DNA of 64,000 nucleotides. It comes from an uncultured virus (IMG/VR IMGVR_UViG_3300036822_000086) (Duplodnaviria > Heunggongvirae > Uroviricota > Caudoviricetes). Both the position numbers and the translations under genes were made by a program. Below the pieces are notes generated by a model that saw only the letters and a list, made by a program, of their open reading frames with translations, ran no database searches and was not told the origin of the DNA. Each line of letters begins with the position of its first letter. Position 1 is the stretch's first letter. The stretch lies in IMG/VR virus record IMGVR_UViG_3300036822_000086. One strand, written 5' to 3'. Positions 38,767-49,574 of this stretch are shown here, one piece after another.

Positions 38767-39312
38767 ATGCCGCGCCCGAAAAGAGCCGTTGTTTATTGGC
38801 TTTACGATTCGAGTTGTGAGGCTCCGCTACAGCATGGGTACGTTGGCGTAACCTGTGACTGGCCCCATCGGCTCTATCGACATCGTGTAGAGTCGAAGTT
38901 TCCAGCACAGTCGTATGAAGGAAAGGTTTTGTTTGAAGGAACTATCAAACAGTGCATCGCGCTTGAACAAATGCTGCGACCAGTCGCCCGGATAGGTTGG
39001 AATGAATTACCGGGCGGACAGTTTGGACACGCTCAAAAAGGCATTCCCAAATCGCCCGAGCAACGCGAGAAGATGCGACAAGCGGCGTTGCGCCGTTATG
39101 CTGATCCGGCTGAGCGCGAGCGCACGTCGAAAGACGTCAAGCTCGGCATCAAGATCAAGAAACGCGATTACACTGGCGCCAAAAATCCCAACTACGGCAA
39201 GATCACGTCAGAGGCGGCCAAGCAGAAGATGCGCGACAAGATCGCTGAACGCGGCGGCGTGAACGGCGAGAACAATCCCAACTATCGCCACGGCGACTAC
39301 GTCGAAGATTAG
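38767..39312 (+). CDS. GIY-YIG/NUMOD3 homing endonuclease
   Basis: VYWLY...YVGVT...RLYRH, GWNE, NUMOD3-like KSPEQREKMR and GAKNPNYGK; antisense inside the late operon. Confidence 0.8.
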   Translation: MPRPKRAVVYWLYDSSCEAPLQHGYVGVTCDWPHRLYRHRVESKFPAQSYEGKVLFEGTIKQCIALEQMLRPVARIGWNELPGGQFGHAQKGIPKSPEQREKMRQAALRRYADPAERERTSKDVKLGIKIKKRDYTGAKNPNYGKITSEAAKQKMRDKIAERGGVNGENNPNYRHGDYVED

Positions 39313-39386
39313 ATCAGTGCCGGTGTGAGCGCGGGTGAGCCCACACCGGCTTAGCGTCTTCGTGGGGGGCTTGGGGGCGGAAGACG

Positions 39387-39779
39387 CTATTCGTTTGTTT
39401 CTTGCTCGGGCCTCGACTCACGCTTTGGCGTTTCACGCGCTCTATACTGCTGCGGCTGCGCCCGTTGCGGGGGCGCTGGCTTTTCCGGTTCGGTGGCTGG
39501 CGATTCTGCGACGGGTGCGGCTGGCGCCGGTTGCGCCGGCTGCGGCGGCTGCGCGAGCTTGATCGAGCCATCGGCCAAGCGGCGGCGCGTGTACTGATCA
39601 TCGGGCCATTCGATCGAGCCTTGCGAGCGGAACTTGCCGGCTTGCGGATGCATCAACAAGCGGCGCATGTCGCTATCGCGGGGCTCGACGCGGATTCCTG
39701 GCTTTTGGTAACGCGTCCGGCCGATAGGGACTCGCGGGCGTCTTTGTTGAGTATGGGCTTGAAACTTGACGTTGACCAT
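39387..39779 (-). CDS. DUF2635/Mu gp38-like protein
   Basis: EWPDDQYTRRRLADGSI immediately upstream of the sheath region. Confidence 0.75.
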   Translation of the reverse strand: MVNVKFQAHTQQRRPRVPIGRTRYQKPGIRVEPRDSDMRRLLMHPQAGKFRSQGSIEWPDDQYTRRRLADGSIKLAQPPQPAQPAPAAPVAESPATEPEKPAPPQRAQPQQYRARETPKRESRPEQETNE

Positions 39780-40545
39780 TGCCTGATCCTTTCGTTGTGC
39801 CGTCACTTTGCAGAACGATATCGACTTCGACTTGATGACGTTGCGCCATCTGTGCTGGCGTCTCGCCGATCTTCACGCCGGTCTTGATGTTGATCTCGTC
39901 CAGCGTGTCAGTGATCGGCGGCCACCACTCCGAGCGCCAGAACGCAGTGACGTCGTAGCGGCATTCGCAAAACGGCGTCTCGTTGTTGGCGCCGGTCGAG
40001 CCCCAGACAAATTTGCGTTGCCCGCGCGGGATGCTTTCGATGCCGACACCTTCGGGATTGCTGTTGACCAGAACGTTCATCAAGTCCTGATCGGTCCACA
40101 GCAACCCCATGATGCGCCAAAACGCTGCATCGACTTGCTGTAATAGTTGCTTGCGATTGTTGTTGGCGATGATGATCGAGAAGCCGATCTTGCCGGAATG
40201 GTTGAAGCGGATCATGCCCGCATTGGCATCGCCATCGGGGCGCATATCCTCGTCACCCATGTAAATGCCAAGGTACGGAAGCAAGTTCGCCTGCACCGGC
40301 AACATGACGGTCGGGCGGATGGTGTAACCGGAAAAGAAACTATCGACCGACACGCGATCAAAGAACGCCTGCCAGATGTTGTAGGCGTCGCTCTGCGGCA
40401 ACAGACCGACGACACCGGCTTCGCCCGCGATGTTGCAAATATCGGGCGCCTCGCTGGCTTCGATCCTGCCGACCGCGCCGGGCAGGATCGTTACCGCGCA
40501 AGTGTCGGGCGCTTCGGCGGCTCTGATTCTGCAATCGATACTCAT
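39673..40545 (-). CDS. tail completion/terminator-like protein
   Basis: Position; LPYLGIYMGDE motif; 3' end overlaps the next gene. Confidence 0.6.
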   Translation of the reverse strand: MSIDCRIRAAEAPDTCAVTILPGAVGRIEASEAPDICNIAGEAGVVGLLPQSDAYNIWQAFFDRVSVDSFFSGYTIRPTVMLPVQANLLPYLGIYMGDEDMRPDGDANAGMIRFNHSGKIGFSIIIANNNRKQLLQQVDAAFWRIMGLLWTDQDLMNVLVNSNPEGVGIESIPRGQRKFVWGSTGANNETPFCECRYDVTAFWRSEWWPPITDTLDEINIKTGVKIGETPAQMAQRHQVEVDIVLQSDGTTKGSGNGQRQVSSPYSTKTPASPYRPDALPKARNPRRAPR

Positions 40546-40919
40546 GGTGAGTGTGTGATCATCGCGCTCGATATTGTGACGGTCTCGCCCTGCACGATAT
40601 CCGCGTCGCTGAGAATGACGTCGCCACTGAATTCGCCGACGATAAGTCCCGACACGACGACATTGCCGGCGCCGTCTTTGATTTGCGCGCTGAGCGCGTG
40701 GCCCATCGCCGCCGCCACGCCGGTCAGCGGCACGCCGGCCATGGTGATGATGCCGTTCGCTTCGGTGAACGACGGCGGCGCCGGCAAGGCGATTGTCACC
40801 AACAGCGTTGCCATCCCGCTGCTGCCGATTTCCAAGCTGGCCGCACCATTGGCATCGATCGCAGCGATGACAGCTTGCATCCGCGCTGATCTCAACGATG
40901 CGGCATAACTGACAGTCAT
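40542..40919 (-). CDS. small virion protein
   Basis: Ala/Gly beta-rich ORF in the structural operon. Confidence 0.6.
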   Translation of the reverse strand: MTVSYAASLRSARMQAVIAAIDANGAASLEIGSSGMATLLVTIALPAPPSFTEANGIITMAGVPLTGVAAAMGHALSAQIKDGAGNVVVSGLIVGEFSGDVILSDADIVQGETVTISSAMITHSP

Positions 40920-40958
40920 GCTCGGCCCTTTATATGTATTTAGTAGTAGGGTGCTGGC

Positions 40959-41315
40959 TTAGGACACGATCTTTTTCAGTTCCAACGTCAATTCGCCGCC
41001 GCCGTTGTCGATCACGTTGGTGATCTCGAAGTCGCCGAGCGGCGGGAGCCCGCTGGCCGGATCATACGGAATCGAAATCTGATCTAGTTGCTTCGGCGGC
41101 ACGGCGTATTCAGCGGCGCAGATGTCAACGATTGTGCGCTGGTCGGAAAAGATCGATCCGTCATCGAGCAGGATGTTGATCGGCCCGGAATCGTAAATGC
41201 CCCGGTTCTCGTAGGCCCCGACGTTGGGCTGCGAAGCGATTGGAGTGACCGTGATCGGCCGCCCGAACTGATCCTGCTCGGGAGAATAGAGACTGGTTTC
41301 GAAATTTACGGCCAT
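40959..41315 (-). CDS. head-tail joining protein (lambda FII-like)
   Basis: FGRPITVTP...PKQLDQI...DNGGGELTLEL. Confidence 0.7.
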   Translation of the reverse strand: MAVNFETSLYSPEQDQFGRPITVTPIASQPNVGAYENRGIYDSGPINILLDDGSIFSDQRTIVDICAAEYAVPPKQLDQISIPYDPASGLPPLGDFEITNVIDNGGGELTLELKKIVS

Positions 41316-41707
41316 CCGAGTTTCTCGATCATCAGCGCGTCCATGCGATCTTCGAGTTGATCAAACAACACGTCGCGCAGAATCTGGCGCTGGCTGCGGT
41401 AGCGATAGTGCCCGGCTGTCGGTTGGCGCGGTCCCACGTTTCGAATGCTGCGCTGGCGGCGCATGAAATAGGTGCGGCGCTTGGCGGCTTCGCGCGCCTT
41501 TGCTTCGTCGCTCAGCCGCGAGCGCGGCCAGATATCCGTAGACACCGAATCCTGATCTTCCTGCGTGTTGGGGTACTGGCGGTGCATGTCTTCGCGCTGC
41601 CAGTCGGTCAGTTCTTCGGCCATCTCTGGAACGAACGCCTTGAGCGCTTCCAGTTCGGCGGCGAGCTTTTCCGTGAGCGCATCAACATCGATGCTGACGT
41701 CGATCAC
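41306..41707 (-). CDS. neck/tail completion protein
   Basis: Position and size. Confidence 0.5.
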   Translation of the reverse strand: MIDVSIDVDALTEKLAAELEALKAFVPEMAEELTDWQREDMHRQYPNTQEDQDSVSTDIWPRSRLSDEAKAREAAKRRTYFMRRQRSIRNVGPRQPTAGHYRYRSQRQILRDVLFDQLEDRMDALMIEKLGWP

Positions 41708-42798
41708 CAGCCCACCCCCGTCACATAGGACACGTGCGGCGCACGCATGCCCCAGTTCGCCGTCAACGTCATGCGCAACGCCAGCGCATCGGTCTGGAAC
41801 ATCGATTTGACCGGCGTCGCCACGGTGCCACCGCTGACGATGTCGAGCGGCGTCGTGTCTTCTTGATGCACGGTCGCCACGTTGGCGACGGAGAACACCG
41901 GATCGTTCAAGGTGAGCGCGAGGCTGGCGGGCTCGATTGCCAGCACGGTGCCTGCCGGTAAACCGGCGGACGCGGCGACCGGCAAGACGTCGCCGTCCAC
42001 GGTGCGGCCGAATTGGCCACCGGCCCAGAACCGGATGGCGGTTGACTGATGCGGAGCGCCGATGAAGTACGCATGCGCGCCGCCGCCGCGCGAGGCGATA
42101 TCCTGCACGAGATTACCAAGGTCCTGGCCGCAAGCATCGAAGCCGAGCCCGGTGCCGCTGGTCGCCGTCAATGACGTGATGCCATGCAGAATGCCAGCCG
42201 GCATGGCCGCCGTCGCCGCATTAGTCGAGAACAACGCGGCATCGAGGGCGATGCTGGCCGCCTCCGTCAACAACACGCGCACCACGTCCTCGATGTTTGA
42301 CGCTTCGGTCATCTCGCGCGTCATCGTGACCAGCACCGCGAGCTTGGTCGGCGTGAGCACCGGACCGCCCAGCAAGTTGAGGGCGCGGGCCGGAATCGGA
42401 TGACCCTCCTGCACCCACTGCCCCGCGTCAGCCGGCGACGTGGCGCGGCCGGGCACGCGCACCGAGGCGTTGGGGCCTAGATCGACATTGAGCGCGCCCG
42501 CGCGCAGCACCGCTCCGATCGCCGACAGCGATACGACTTCCTCGATCGCGCGCGACACGCTTTGGAATGCCACCGACCCAGCCCAGGCCGGCACCGTGGT
42601 GACGGCTTGCGTAGTTGCGCCGCGCAGCACCAGCGGCGTCACCGGATCGTCGCCGTACATGTTGTGCGCCATCGCCGCTGGCGACATGCCGCTGGCGAAT
42701 CCGCGCAGCGTGGCCGCTGCCGCACGCCAGACGAATTCGGCCGGACGCTTCAGCGCAATGGCACTCTCGGCGGTGACTTGCTGATGTTTCATGATCAT
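41704..42798 (-). CDS. second HK97-fold capsid-like protein
   Basis: Collinear with the major capsid: ATVHQEDTTP.DIV...ATPVKSMFQTDALALR vs ATLHMEDTAPADIV...ATPVKSMWQTDSLALR. Confidence 0.85.
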   Translation of the reverse strand: MIMKHQQVTAESAIALKRPAEFVWRAAAATLRGFASGMSPAAMAHNMYGDDPVTPLVLRGATTQAVTTVPAWAGSVAFQSVSRAIEEVVSLSAIGAVLRAGALNVDLGPNASVRVPGRATSPADAGQWVQEGHPIPARALNLLGGPVLTPTKLAVLVTMTREMTEASNIEDVVRVLLTEAASIALDAALFSTNAATAAMPAGILHGITSLTATSGTGLGFDACGQDLGNLVQDIASRGGGAHAYFIGAPHQSTAIRFWAGGQFGRTVDGDVLPVAASAGLPAGTVLAIEPASLALTLNDPVFSVANVATVHQEDTTPLDIVSGGTVATPVKSMFQTDALALRMTLTANWGMRAPHVSYVTGVGW

Positions 42799-43445
42799 AC
42801 CCAGTGGCGCATGAACTTGTTGAGTACGGATTGCACGGCTGTCCACGTCGCGGGCAGGCCGGTCGTGGGGAAAAGGTTTGGTCCGTAGTAGCCGATGGCT
42901 GATTCCTTATGCCGTATCTGCCTCACCCCGAACGACGACGGCGAGCGTATCCAACTCATGTATTGCTCGCGGAGCAACGCTTCGAGCGCGAACAACAACG
43001 AGTTCGGCGTTTCATCCGGCAACTGATAGCCGCCCGAATAAGTGACACTGACGGTCCCGTACCAATAGCCGAGATCGGGGCGACCGTAGAGCGTGCCGGT
43101 TTTTTCTTCGAGGAACCAGCCGTCACTGAGCGTCGGCAACAGGTCGGTGTTGCTATCGACTTGCGTGATCGCCGTGATGTCGGCCGCCTTGACCGGCCAG
43201 CGTGAGAGATAGAGCCGCCGGCTGTAGCCGTCATCAAGTTGGTAGAACGTCTCGGAAACTTCCTCATAAGCAAAAACGCGGTTGCACAACGTGGCGATCA
43301 GTTCCGACGTGTTGCTGATCAACTCTTGCAGCAGAAAATCCTTCGACGTGTCGGTATCGGGAATGCCGAGTTTCTGCTTCATGGCTTCGAGCGTCACCAA
43401 GTCCTGCGACGCCGCCGGGGTCAGCACGTTCAGAAGTTGTTGCAT
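42795..43445 (-). CDS. head-tail connector (gp6-like)
   Basis: LVTLEAMKQKLGI...CNRVF...VTYSGGY. Confidence 0.82.
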   Translation of the reverse strand: MQQLLNVLTPAASQDLVTLEAMKQKLGIPDTDTSKDFLLQELISNTSELIATLCNRVFAYEEVSETFYQLDDGYSRRLYLSRWPVKAADITAITQVDSNTDLLPTLSDGWFLEEKTGTLYGRPDLGYWYGTVSVTYSGGYQLPDETPNSLLFALEALLREQYMSWIRSPSSFGVRQIRHKESAIGYYGPNLFPTTGLPATWTAVQSVLNKFMRHWV

Positions 43446-44995
43446 CACCGACTCCGTAGCTCGGCCTCGAACTTCTCGAACATCGGTGCAAGTGAAAAGC
43501 GCGGGCCGAAGGTGCCGTCCGACATCACCGTGACGACGTCGAACCCGTCGAGCTTGACGCCGACCCAGTGCGCCGCCGTTTTGCCCGGCTCGCCCTTGGC
43601 GCCGCGCTCGCCCGGGATGCCTTTTTCCCCGCGCTTGCCGACGGGCCCTGACTGCCAACCCCCACCAGGACAGGCACCGGGATTGTCGCGTCGAGCCACG
43701 AACCATCCGTGATCGACCACCACAACATCGAGCGTTTTGTACGCTTGCTGCGGGTCATAGGTGCCTCGCACCGTGAACGACGCGCCGGGGGCGCCAGATG
43801 CAGCAATAACTTGCCAGTCTTTGCCGGCGGTGGCCGGTTCCTTGGCTGTGTCGTTGATCGCCTGCCAGCACGCGCCGCCGTGCGTAACCAATTCCCCGGC
43901 GTAGAAAATCCGATCCGACCAGGGCAGGACTTTCCCGACGCTGCCGCGCGGACCTTGCTCCCCGCGCTCCCCTTGCGGCCCCTGCATGCCGATCGGCCCA
44001 ACTTGCCCGGCCAAGCCGTCACGGCCGTTCTGACCGGGGGCGCCTCGTTCCCCGATCGGCCCCGGCGGCCCTTGCAGCCCGATCGGCCCTTGGGCGCCAT
44101 CGAGCCCGTTTCGGCCCGGCTCTCCCTGGTCGCCCTTGATCGTTTCACCCTTCGGTCCGGCCAAACCGGGCTCGCCCCGGGGCCCGGGCGGCCCTTGGGG
44201 GCCTTCCGCCCCGTTCCTGCCCGGCTCCCCTGCCTCGCCACGGATAGCCTCTCCCTGCTGCCCTGTGGGCCCGGGCGGGCCTATTGGGCCGGGCGGTCCG
44301 GCGATACCGTCGGCGCCGTTGCGACCGGGCTCTCCTGATTCCCCGGGGGCGCCGCGTTCGCCTTGGGCGCCGCGCTCGCCAGCGATGCCGGGGGCGCCTG
44401 TGATGCCGGGCAGCCCTTGCGGCCCTTGCGCGCCGACTTCCCCGCGCTCCCCGGGGGCGCCTCGCTCGCCGGGTGGGCCTGCGATTCCGGTGGGCCCTTG
44501 CTCGCCGTTGCGGCCGGGCTCTCCCGGTTCCCCGCGCTCGCCGACAGCCCCGGGCTCGCCGCGCTCACCGATCGGGCCAGCGAGGCCGATCGCGCCGGCT
44601 AGGCCATCGAGCCCGTTGCGACCGGGCTCACCGGGCTCTCCCCGCTCGCCGGGGGCACCGGGCTCACCGGGCTCTCCCCGCAGACCTTGCGGACCCTGCG
44701 TGCCCTCGATGCCGGGGGCGCCGCGCTCGCCGTCCTTGAGTTGGGCGAGGCGTTCATGAAAGGCGGCTTCCCAGGAATAGCGCAGTTGCAGTAATTCAGC
44801 GCGCAGCGTGGCAACGGCTTCGCGGCTTTGCGCTTCGATTACTGCCTTCTCGCGCGCCCATTGCATCCGATACTGAGCGACGATGTCGCCCAGTTCATCC
44901 GCCAGCACATCATTGTAATTGCCGTTGTCGCTCCCGTTCGATTTGGAGTGACTTGTTGTGTACTCGTCGTCGGAATGCATCGCGTCCTGCCTCAT
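43445..44995 (-). CDS. collagen-like head/neck fibre protein
   Basis: Long uninterrupted Gly-X-Y tract; C-terminal [15 protein letters not shown] carbohydrate-binding-like repeats. Confidence 0.8.
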   Translation of the reverse strand: MRQDAMHSDDEYTTSHSKSNGSDNGNYNDVLADELGDIVAQYRMQWAREKAVIEAQSREAVATLRAELLQLRYSWEAAFHERLAQLKDGERGAPGIEGTQGPQGLRGEPGEPGAPGERGEPGEPGRNGLDGLAGAIGLAGPIGERGEPGAVGERGEPGEPGRNGEQGPTGIAGPPGERGAPGERGEVGAQGPQGLPGITGAPGIAGERGAQGERGAPGESGEPGRNGADGIAGPPGPIGPPGPTGQQGEAIRGEAGEPGRNGAEGPQGPPGPRGEPGLAGPKGETIKGDQGEPGRNGLDGAQGPIGLQGPPGPIGERGAPGQNGRDGLAGQVGPIGMQGPQGERGEQGPRGSVGKVLPWSDRIFYAGELVTHGGACWQAINDTAKEPATAGKDWQVIAASGAPGASFTVRGTYDPQQAYKTLDVVVVDHGWFVARRDNPGACPGGGWQSGPVGKRGEKGIPGERGAKGEPGKTAAHWVGVKLDGFDVVTVMSDGTFGPRFSLAPMFEKFEAELRSR

Positions 44996-46355
44996 CTATT
45001 TTTGGCGCCGCCGGAGAAGAAGGCGACTGCGAGGGTTGCGAGGGACTAGGCGGCGATGCTGGAATTTTTGTTGATGGTCCCGTGCTCGGGATGGCTGCCG
45101 CTGCGGACAAGGGGACAACTTGCTGCTGGACTCTCGGCTCGTCCCCGAATTTGACCGAGTCTAAATCTTCCTCATTTCTGGCTTCGTTGGGCGACATGAC
45201 ACCGCCCTGCACCGCTTTGACCAAACCGTCGATGCGATCCTTGAACGCCGAGCGCAGCAGCGCCTTGGTGTCAAACTCCAAATAATCATCTGGCTGTCCA
45301 TCCAAGCCGAACGCCATGCCGAATGCTTCCTCGATGTGGTTCAAACAGAACCCCAGGCCGCTCGCCACCCACCCCTGCATCAGTGCTTCGGTCGAGCGGA
45401 ATGAACCCTTCTCGACAATGCCGATGATCTGCGGCGGGACGCGGAAAGCCATGGCGATGCCTTCGTTGTTCATCTTCAGGACTTCCGCCAATTGCGCGTC
45501 GCGGAACGTGGCCATCGGCAAGCCTTGCGGCTTCAGGCCGCCGGTCAGGATCGGCGTGCCGCCGACGTTTTGCCCGCTGGTCTGCTCCATCCAGCGATCG
45601 CGCAAGGCGCTGACTTGATCTTTATCCAACAACAAATCGGTCGAAAGCACGAAGCCGGGCTTGGCTTGGTTTTGATAGAACTGATACTGCTGCGCCAGGA
45701 TTGATTGCGCGGTCATGGCGTCGAGAAAAGCGGACGCGAGCGGGCTTTCGCCGCGCAGCGGATTGCGAAGCTGGTCAACGTGTAGCTTGATATGCAGCAC
45801 ATCGCGCGCGGGCACGGTCGTCAGCGGTCCATACCTGTTTTGCACGATCCAATTGCCGCCGAGCGTATAATGTACTTCGCCGTCGCCGTCGATCAACGCG
45901 CGGCAATAGCGATTATCCATCATGTGCAATTCGCTGATCTCGTAGCGAGCATTGCGCATGCACAGCAAATACGCATTGCCTTCCATGTAAAGCTGGCGCG
46001 TTACATTCATCAACAAATCGCTGATCGTCTGATAATCGTTCGGCCGCCGCAGAATACGGCACAGCGCCGAGTTGGTGACGCGGTCGCGCCCACCTTTGCT
46101 GTTGCCGTGCCAATGGTTCCCAGGACACATCGCCACTGTTTGTGCATACGCCGACACGCACGCTTCGATGATGGCGAGGTTGGCGCCGAGTAGCTGTGGC
46201 GTGTGCCCGTTCTGCCACCAATTTATGCTGTTGCCGACGTCAGCCGGCAACCATCCGTGCGTGACCGGCAGATACCACGGGCCGGGACGATACTGGCCTT
46301 CGGCCGCCCGGAGGACGGCCGACGCCAGATTACGGATGGTCGCAGGTAGACGCAT
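44910..46355 (-). CDS. portal protein (HK97 family)
   Basis: [38 protein letters not shown]. Confidence 0.93.
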   Translation of the reverse strand: MRLPATIRNLASAVLRAAEGQYRPGPWYLPVTHGWLPADVGNSINWWQNGHTPQLLGANLAIIEACVSAYAQTVAMCPGNHWHGNSKGGRDRVTNSALCRILRRPNDYQTISDLLMNVTRQLYMEGNAYLLCMRNARYEISELHMMDNRYCRALIDGDGEVHYTLGGNWIVQNRYGPLTTVPARDVLHIKLHVDQLRNPLRGESPLASAFLDAMTAQSILAQQYQFYQNQAKPGFVLSTDLLLDKDQVSALRDRWMEQTSGQNVGGTPILTGGLKPQGLPMATFRDAQLAEVLKMNNEGIAMAFRVPPQIIGIVEKGSFRSTEALMQGWVASGLGFCLNHIEEAFGMAFGLDGQPDDYLEFDTKALLRSAFKDRIDGLVKAVQGGVMSPNEARNEEDLDSVKFGDEPRVQQQVVPLSAAAAIPSTGPSTKIPASPPSPSQPSQSPSSPAAPKIDEAGRDAFRRRVHNKSLQIERERQRQLQ

Positions 46356-46361
46356 CAACGG

Positions 46362-46787
46362 TTACTTGCTTCGCATCTGCCGATTTTCGTAGTGATGCTC
46401 ACCACCGACGTGGCGCACGGTGCTGAGTTCTTCCGCCGGATCGGGCCCCGAACCATCCTCCGACAACTGGTCAGGAGCATTCCCGAGGGCGATCTGATCG
46501 AGTTCTTCCTGCGTCGGCGTCGGGCGGCCTTTAAGCCGGTCCTCGTATTGCTTGGTGCGCTTCTCGCGATCCTCGTCGCCCTGCTTCTTCGCCGACGAGG
46601 CCCGCCGCTCGCGTTGCTCGCGCTGCTCCCGCTCCTGCCGCTCCCGTTGCTCGCGCTGCTCGTGAGTCTCCTGCGGATTGTGCGGTTGCGGATTGGGCTG
46701 TTGACCCGGCTGGTTCGGGCGCGGCGGCTGCGCAGCCCCCTGATGCTGCCCGGGATTCGGATTATGCGATTGTCGTTCGTCAGCCAT
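46362..46787 (-). CDS. hypothetical low-complexity protein
   Basis: AGGAG RBS; GRPTPTQEELD; Q/P and E/R tracts. Confidence 0.7.
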   Translation of the reverse strand: MADERQSHNPNPGQHQGAAQPPRPNQPGQQPNPQPHNPQETHEQREQRERQEREQREQRERRASSAKKQGDEDREKRTKQYEDRLKGRPTPTQEELDQIALGNAPDQLSEDGSGPDPAEELSTVRHVGGEHHYENRQMRSK

Positions 46788-46844
46788 TGGGTGACTCCTT
46801 GGTTTGATTTGCTGATCAATATCCGATGATCAGTGTCTTACTAA

Positions 46845-46878
46845 CGGGGGCTCGGCCGATTAGTTTCGAACCCCCCGT
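46845..46878. terminator. hairpin after the capsid gene
   Basis: ACGGGGG...CCCCCGT stem. Confidence 0.45.
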
Positions 46879-46892
46879 CAGCCGCGTGTGGC

Positions 46893-49565
46893 CTACCACG
46901 TCACGCCGGTCATCCAAGCAACAACTGGACGCCGCATGATCCAGTTGGTCATCATGATCAACCGAAGGGCGAGCGAATCTGTTTGCCACATCGATTTGAC
47001 CGGTGTGGCCGCCACTCCCGGCGATCCTCCCACGATATCAGCGGGCGCCGTGTCTTCCATGTGCAGCGTCGCTTGGTCCGAAATTTCCAAACGTGGACCT
47101 TCTGAACCGACCGACACGAAGTCTGCCGCGTCCACCGCGATGGCCATGCCGACCGGCACGGTTGACGACTCGATCAGGGCCGCGCGACCTAGGCGGCCTG
47201 CATCAACTTCGGCGCGGAATGGGAACAGTTCGGTCGCCGCAGCCGGTGGCTGAATCATGCTGATGTTCAGCACCTGTTGCGGGTTCAGCATGATTACCGG
47301 CTTGCGCACATTGCCGGCGGTCAGCGTCAGCAGCGAGCCCTGCAACAACTTGAGATCACCGACCAGAGCATTGAAGCCGCCGCCCGTTGTCGCCGTCAGC
47401 CCGGTCTGATAGACACGCAGACCATTCGGCCGAATTGCTGTTGCTGGATTGCTGTCCAACAACACCGCATCGATCGCAATCGCCGTATCTTCAAGCACAG
47501 CTTGCCGCAACAGACCCTCGATCGCGGGAATGGAATGCTCATCCATTTCCTTGGTCCAAGTCGTGATCACGGCAACTTTTTTAGGAACAACAACTTGAGA
47601 CGCGAAGGCGCCCTGGCGAACAGGAATAGGCATTCCCTCACCAACAAACGAACCCGCAAGTGACGGAGTCAGATTACGAGTTGGAATGATGATGCGCCCG
47701 GCCTGTCCAAACGTGAGCGACATTCCCGCCGCCGCAAGCTTGGGGTAGACCGAAAGCGGCAGCAGGACTTGCATGAAATCAGCATAAATTTGCTGAACAA
47801 GTTCCGCCGCCCACCCGCTCACCGTCGTAAGCGCTGGAGCACTCGCCGCCTTCAACACGATATCGCACACCGCGCGCGTGGCTTCGTCGTCGCCGTAAAT
47901 CTTGCGGCGCGTGTCGTCAATCGACTGACCGTCCGCACGCGCCTTGCACTTCACCAATGCCGCACGCCAGAAGTAATCGAGCGGTTCCGGCTTTTTCTGC
48001 CGCAGCACGATTCCTTGCGGTGCCTTGGTGACGGCGGTGCTGCCGTTGCCGGTGCCGTTGCCCCGGCGGCTGATCTCGCCAACATCTTCGGCGCCCGAGC
48101 CGTTCTTCGCCTCGATCGCCTTCATGCTGTTGAGATGCCGTTGCGCCATTTCGATCTTGGCGGTCAGGTCCTCGGTCACCAGCATTTGCTCGTCAGTCGG
48201 ATTGTCGTCGTCCATGGACGCCAGATGCGCGTCGAGTTGATCCTGCAACACGAGGACTCGCTTCTCGCCGTCCGTAATGCGTTTCGAAAGCAACATGGGA
48301 CTCCCCCTGGTTTTGCTCTCATGGATTTCGGCATGCTCGCCAGTGGGCTTAGGCGTCACGCTGTCCGGCTTTTTCTCGGCATGCTCGCCACCGGGCGGAC
48401 GGTTGAAACTGCGTCGCTTCGTGTTGTTGTCGGCATGCTCGCCAAACACGAGACGGACAGTTGCAGGGCTTACGTTCAGGGATTTGGCCACGGCCAACGC
48501 GTTGACGTTGGCGGGCACGGCGACCACGGAGCATTCGACCAACTCATGTTTGAGATAGTGGGTGCCGCTCCATGGGTCTTTGGCGTTGATCGGCGTGTGC
48601 TCGACCGGCCGGAAACCGACGCTGGTGGCGCGCAGAATGTCGGCCTCAACTAGTCGCCTGATTTCATCAATACGCGGGCTGGTGCCCTTCGGCGCCAGCA
48701 CCAAGTGGCCGCGCAAATCGTCGCCGATGCGCAAGTTTTCCCATTTGCCGATGACGAAGCCCTTGTCGTGGTTGAAAAGCGCGACCGGGTTCTTGACGAA
48801 ATTACTGATATCCCAGCCGGCGACGTCGATGATGTCGCCGAACCGGTCCGCGCTCGCGTCCGACAAGATGAATTCCATGCCGGTGGCCGGTGTCGCATGC
48901 GTCTTATGCACGATGTCGCCGACGCCGCGATCGGATTGCTCATCCCAGCGAAGCTGGCAGGCTTGCGTGGCTTCGTCTTCGTCTCGATCGGGATCGTCGC
49001 CCATGACTTCGTCTGTGCAGCGATCGATGAAATCATCGTGCGCTTCGTCATCATCAGGATCAGGACAATCGAACTTGAGCGCCAGCACGACTTCGCCGCG
49101 CAACGTGTCCATCGACGCCTTGTCGTCCGCGCTCGGCGGCCCGGCTTTATCGATCTTGTCTTTCCATGCAGCGACGACGCGCGCCTTGATGCGCCGCGCC
49201 TGTTCCGGCGTATAGGCATCAGCCGACTTGTTGATCGCATGCCAAGCCGCGCGGATACGATCTTCGCTGTCGAGCCGGTAACGCTTCCCGCCATCAGCGC
49301 GATAGCCGGGATCGGCGTACTCGACGTCGGCGGCCTTGAGCACACCGGCCCGCACCAGATTGCTGATCCAGCCCGGAATCAGCGCCGCGATATCCTTATC
49401 GGCCGGTTCCTTGCCGCCCTTGGCGTCGCGCCACATGGTAAGGCATGCGGCGACGGCCTGTTCCTGCGGACGCTTAGTGCCGCCGTTGTCGCCCTTCATG
49501 TCAGGAACACATCTGGCCATGAACGCGCTCTGATCTTCGTCTTTTCCGGGGGGCTTGATCGGCAT
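46893..49565 (-). CDS. fused prohead protease + HK97 major capsid protein with extra N-terminal domains
   Basis: ALFNHD, ATSVGF, ELVECSVVAVPAN protease motifs; FVGEG.PIPV capsid motif. Confidence 0.92.
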   Translation of the reverse strand: MPIKPPGKDEDQSAFMARCVPDMKGDNGGTKRPQEQAVAACLTMWRDAKGGKEPADKDIAALIPGWISNLVRAGVLKAADVEYADPGYRADGGKRYRLDSEDRIRAAWHAINKSADAYTPEQARRIKARVVAAWKDKIDKAGPPSADDKASMDTLRGEVVLALKFDCPDPDDDEAHDDFIDRCTDEVMGDDPDRDEDEATQACQLRWDEQSDRGVGDIVHKTHATPATGMEFILSDASADRFGDIIDVAGWDISNFVKNPVALFNHDKGFVIGKWENLRIGDDLRGHLVLAPKGTSPRIDEIRRLVEADILRATSVGFRPVEHTPINAKDPWSGTHYLKHELVECSVVAVPANVNALAVAKSLNVSPATVRLVFGEHADNNTKRRSFNRPPGGEHAEKKPDSVTPKPTGEHAEIHESKTRGSPMLLSKRITDGEKRVLVLQDQLDAHLASMDDDNPTDEQMLVTEDLTAKIEMAQRHLNSMKAIEAKNGSGAEDVGEISRRGNGTGNGSTAVTKAPQGIVLRQKKPEPLDYFWRAALVKCKARADGQSIDDTRRKIYGDDEATRAVCDIVLKAASAPALTTVSGWAAELVQQIYADFMQVLLPLSVYPKLAAAGMSLTFGQAGRIIIPTRNLTPSLAGSFVGEGMPIPVRQGAFASQVVVPKKVAVITTWTKEMDEHSIPAIEGLLRQAVLEDTAIAIDAVLLDSNPATAIRPNGLRVYQTGLTATTGGGFNALVGDLKLLQGSLLTLTAGNVRKPVIMLNPQQVLNISMIQPPAAATELFPFRAEVDAGRLGRAALIESSTVPVGMAIAVDAADFVSVGSEGPRLEISDQATLHMEDTAPADIVGGSPGVAATPVKSMWQTDSLALRLIMMTNWIMRRPVVAWMTGVTW

Positions 49566-49574
49566 GACTGCCTC

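Noticed and set aside
43940..44735. Strong periodicity in the collagen-like genes
   Set aside because: 9-nt Gly-X-Y coding periodicity, unrelated to the hexamer arrays.
48328..48444. Mini-CRISPR (15-bp repeats with 33-39-nt gaps)
   Set aside because: Repeats are too short, in frame within the capsid gene and far from any cas-like gene.
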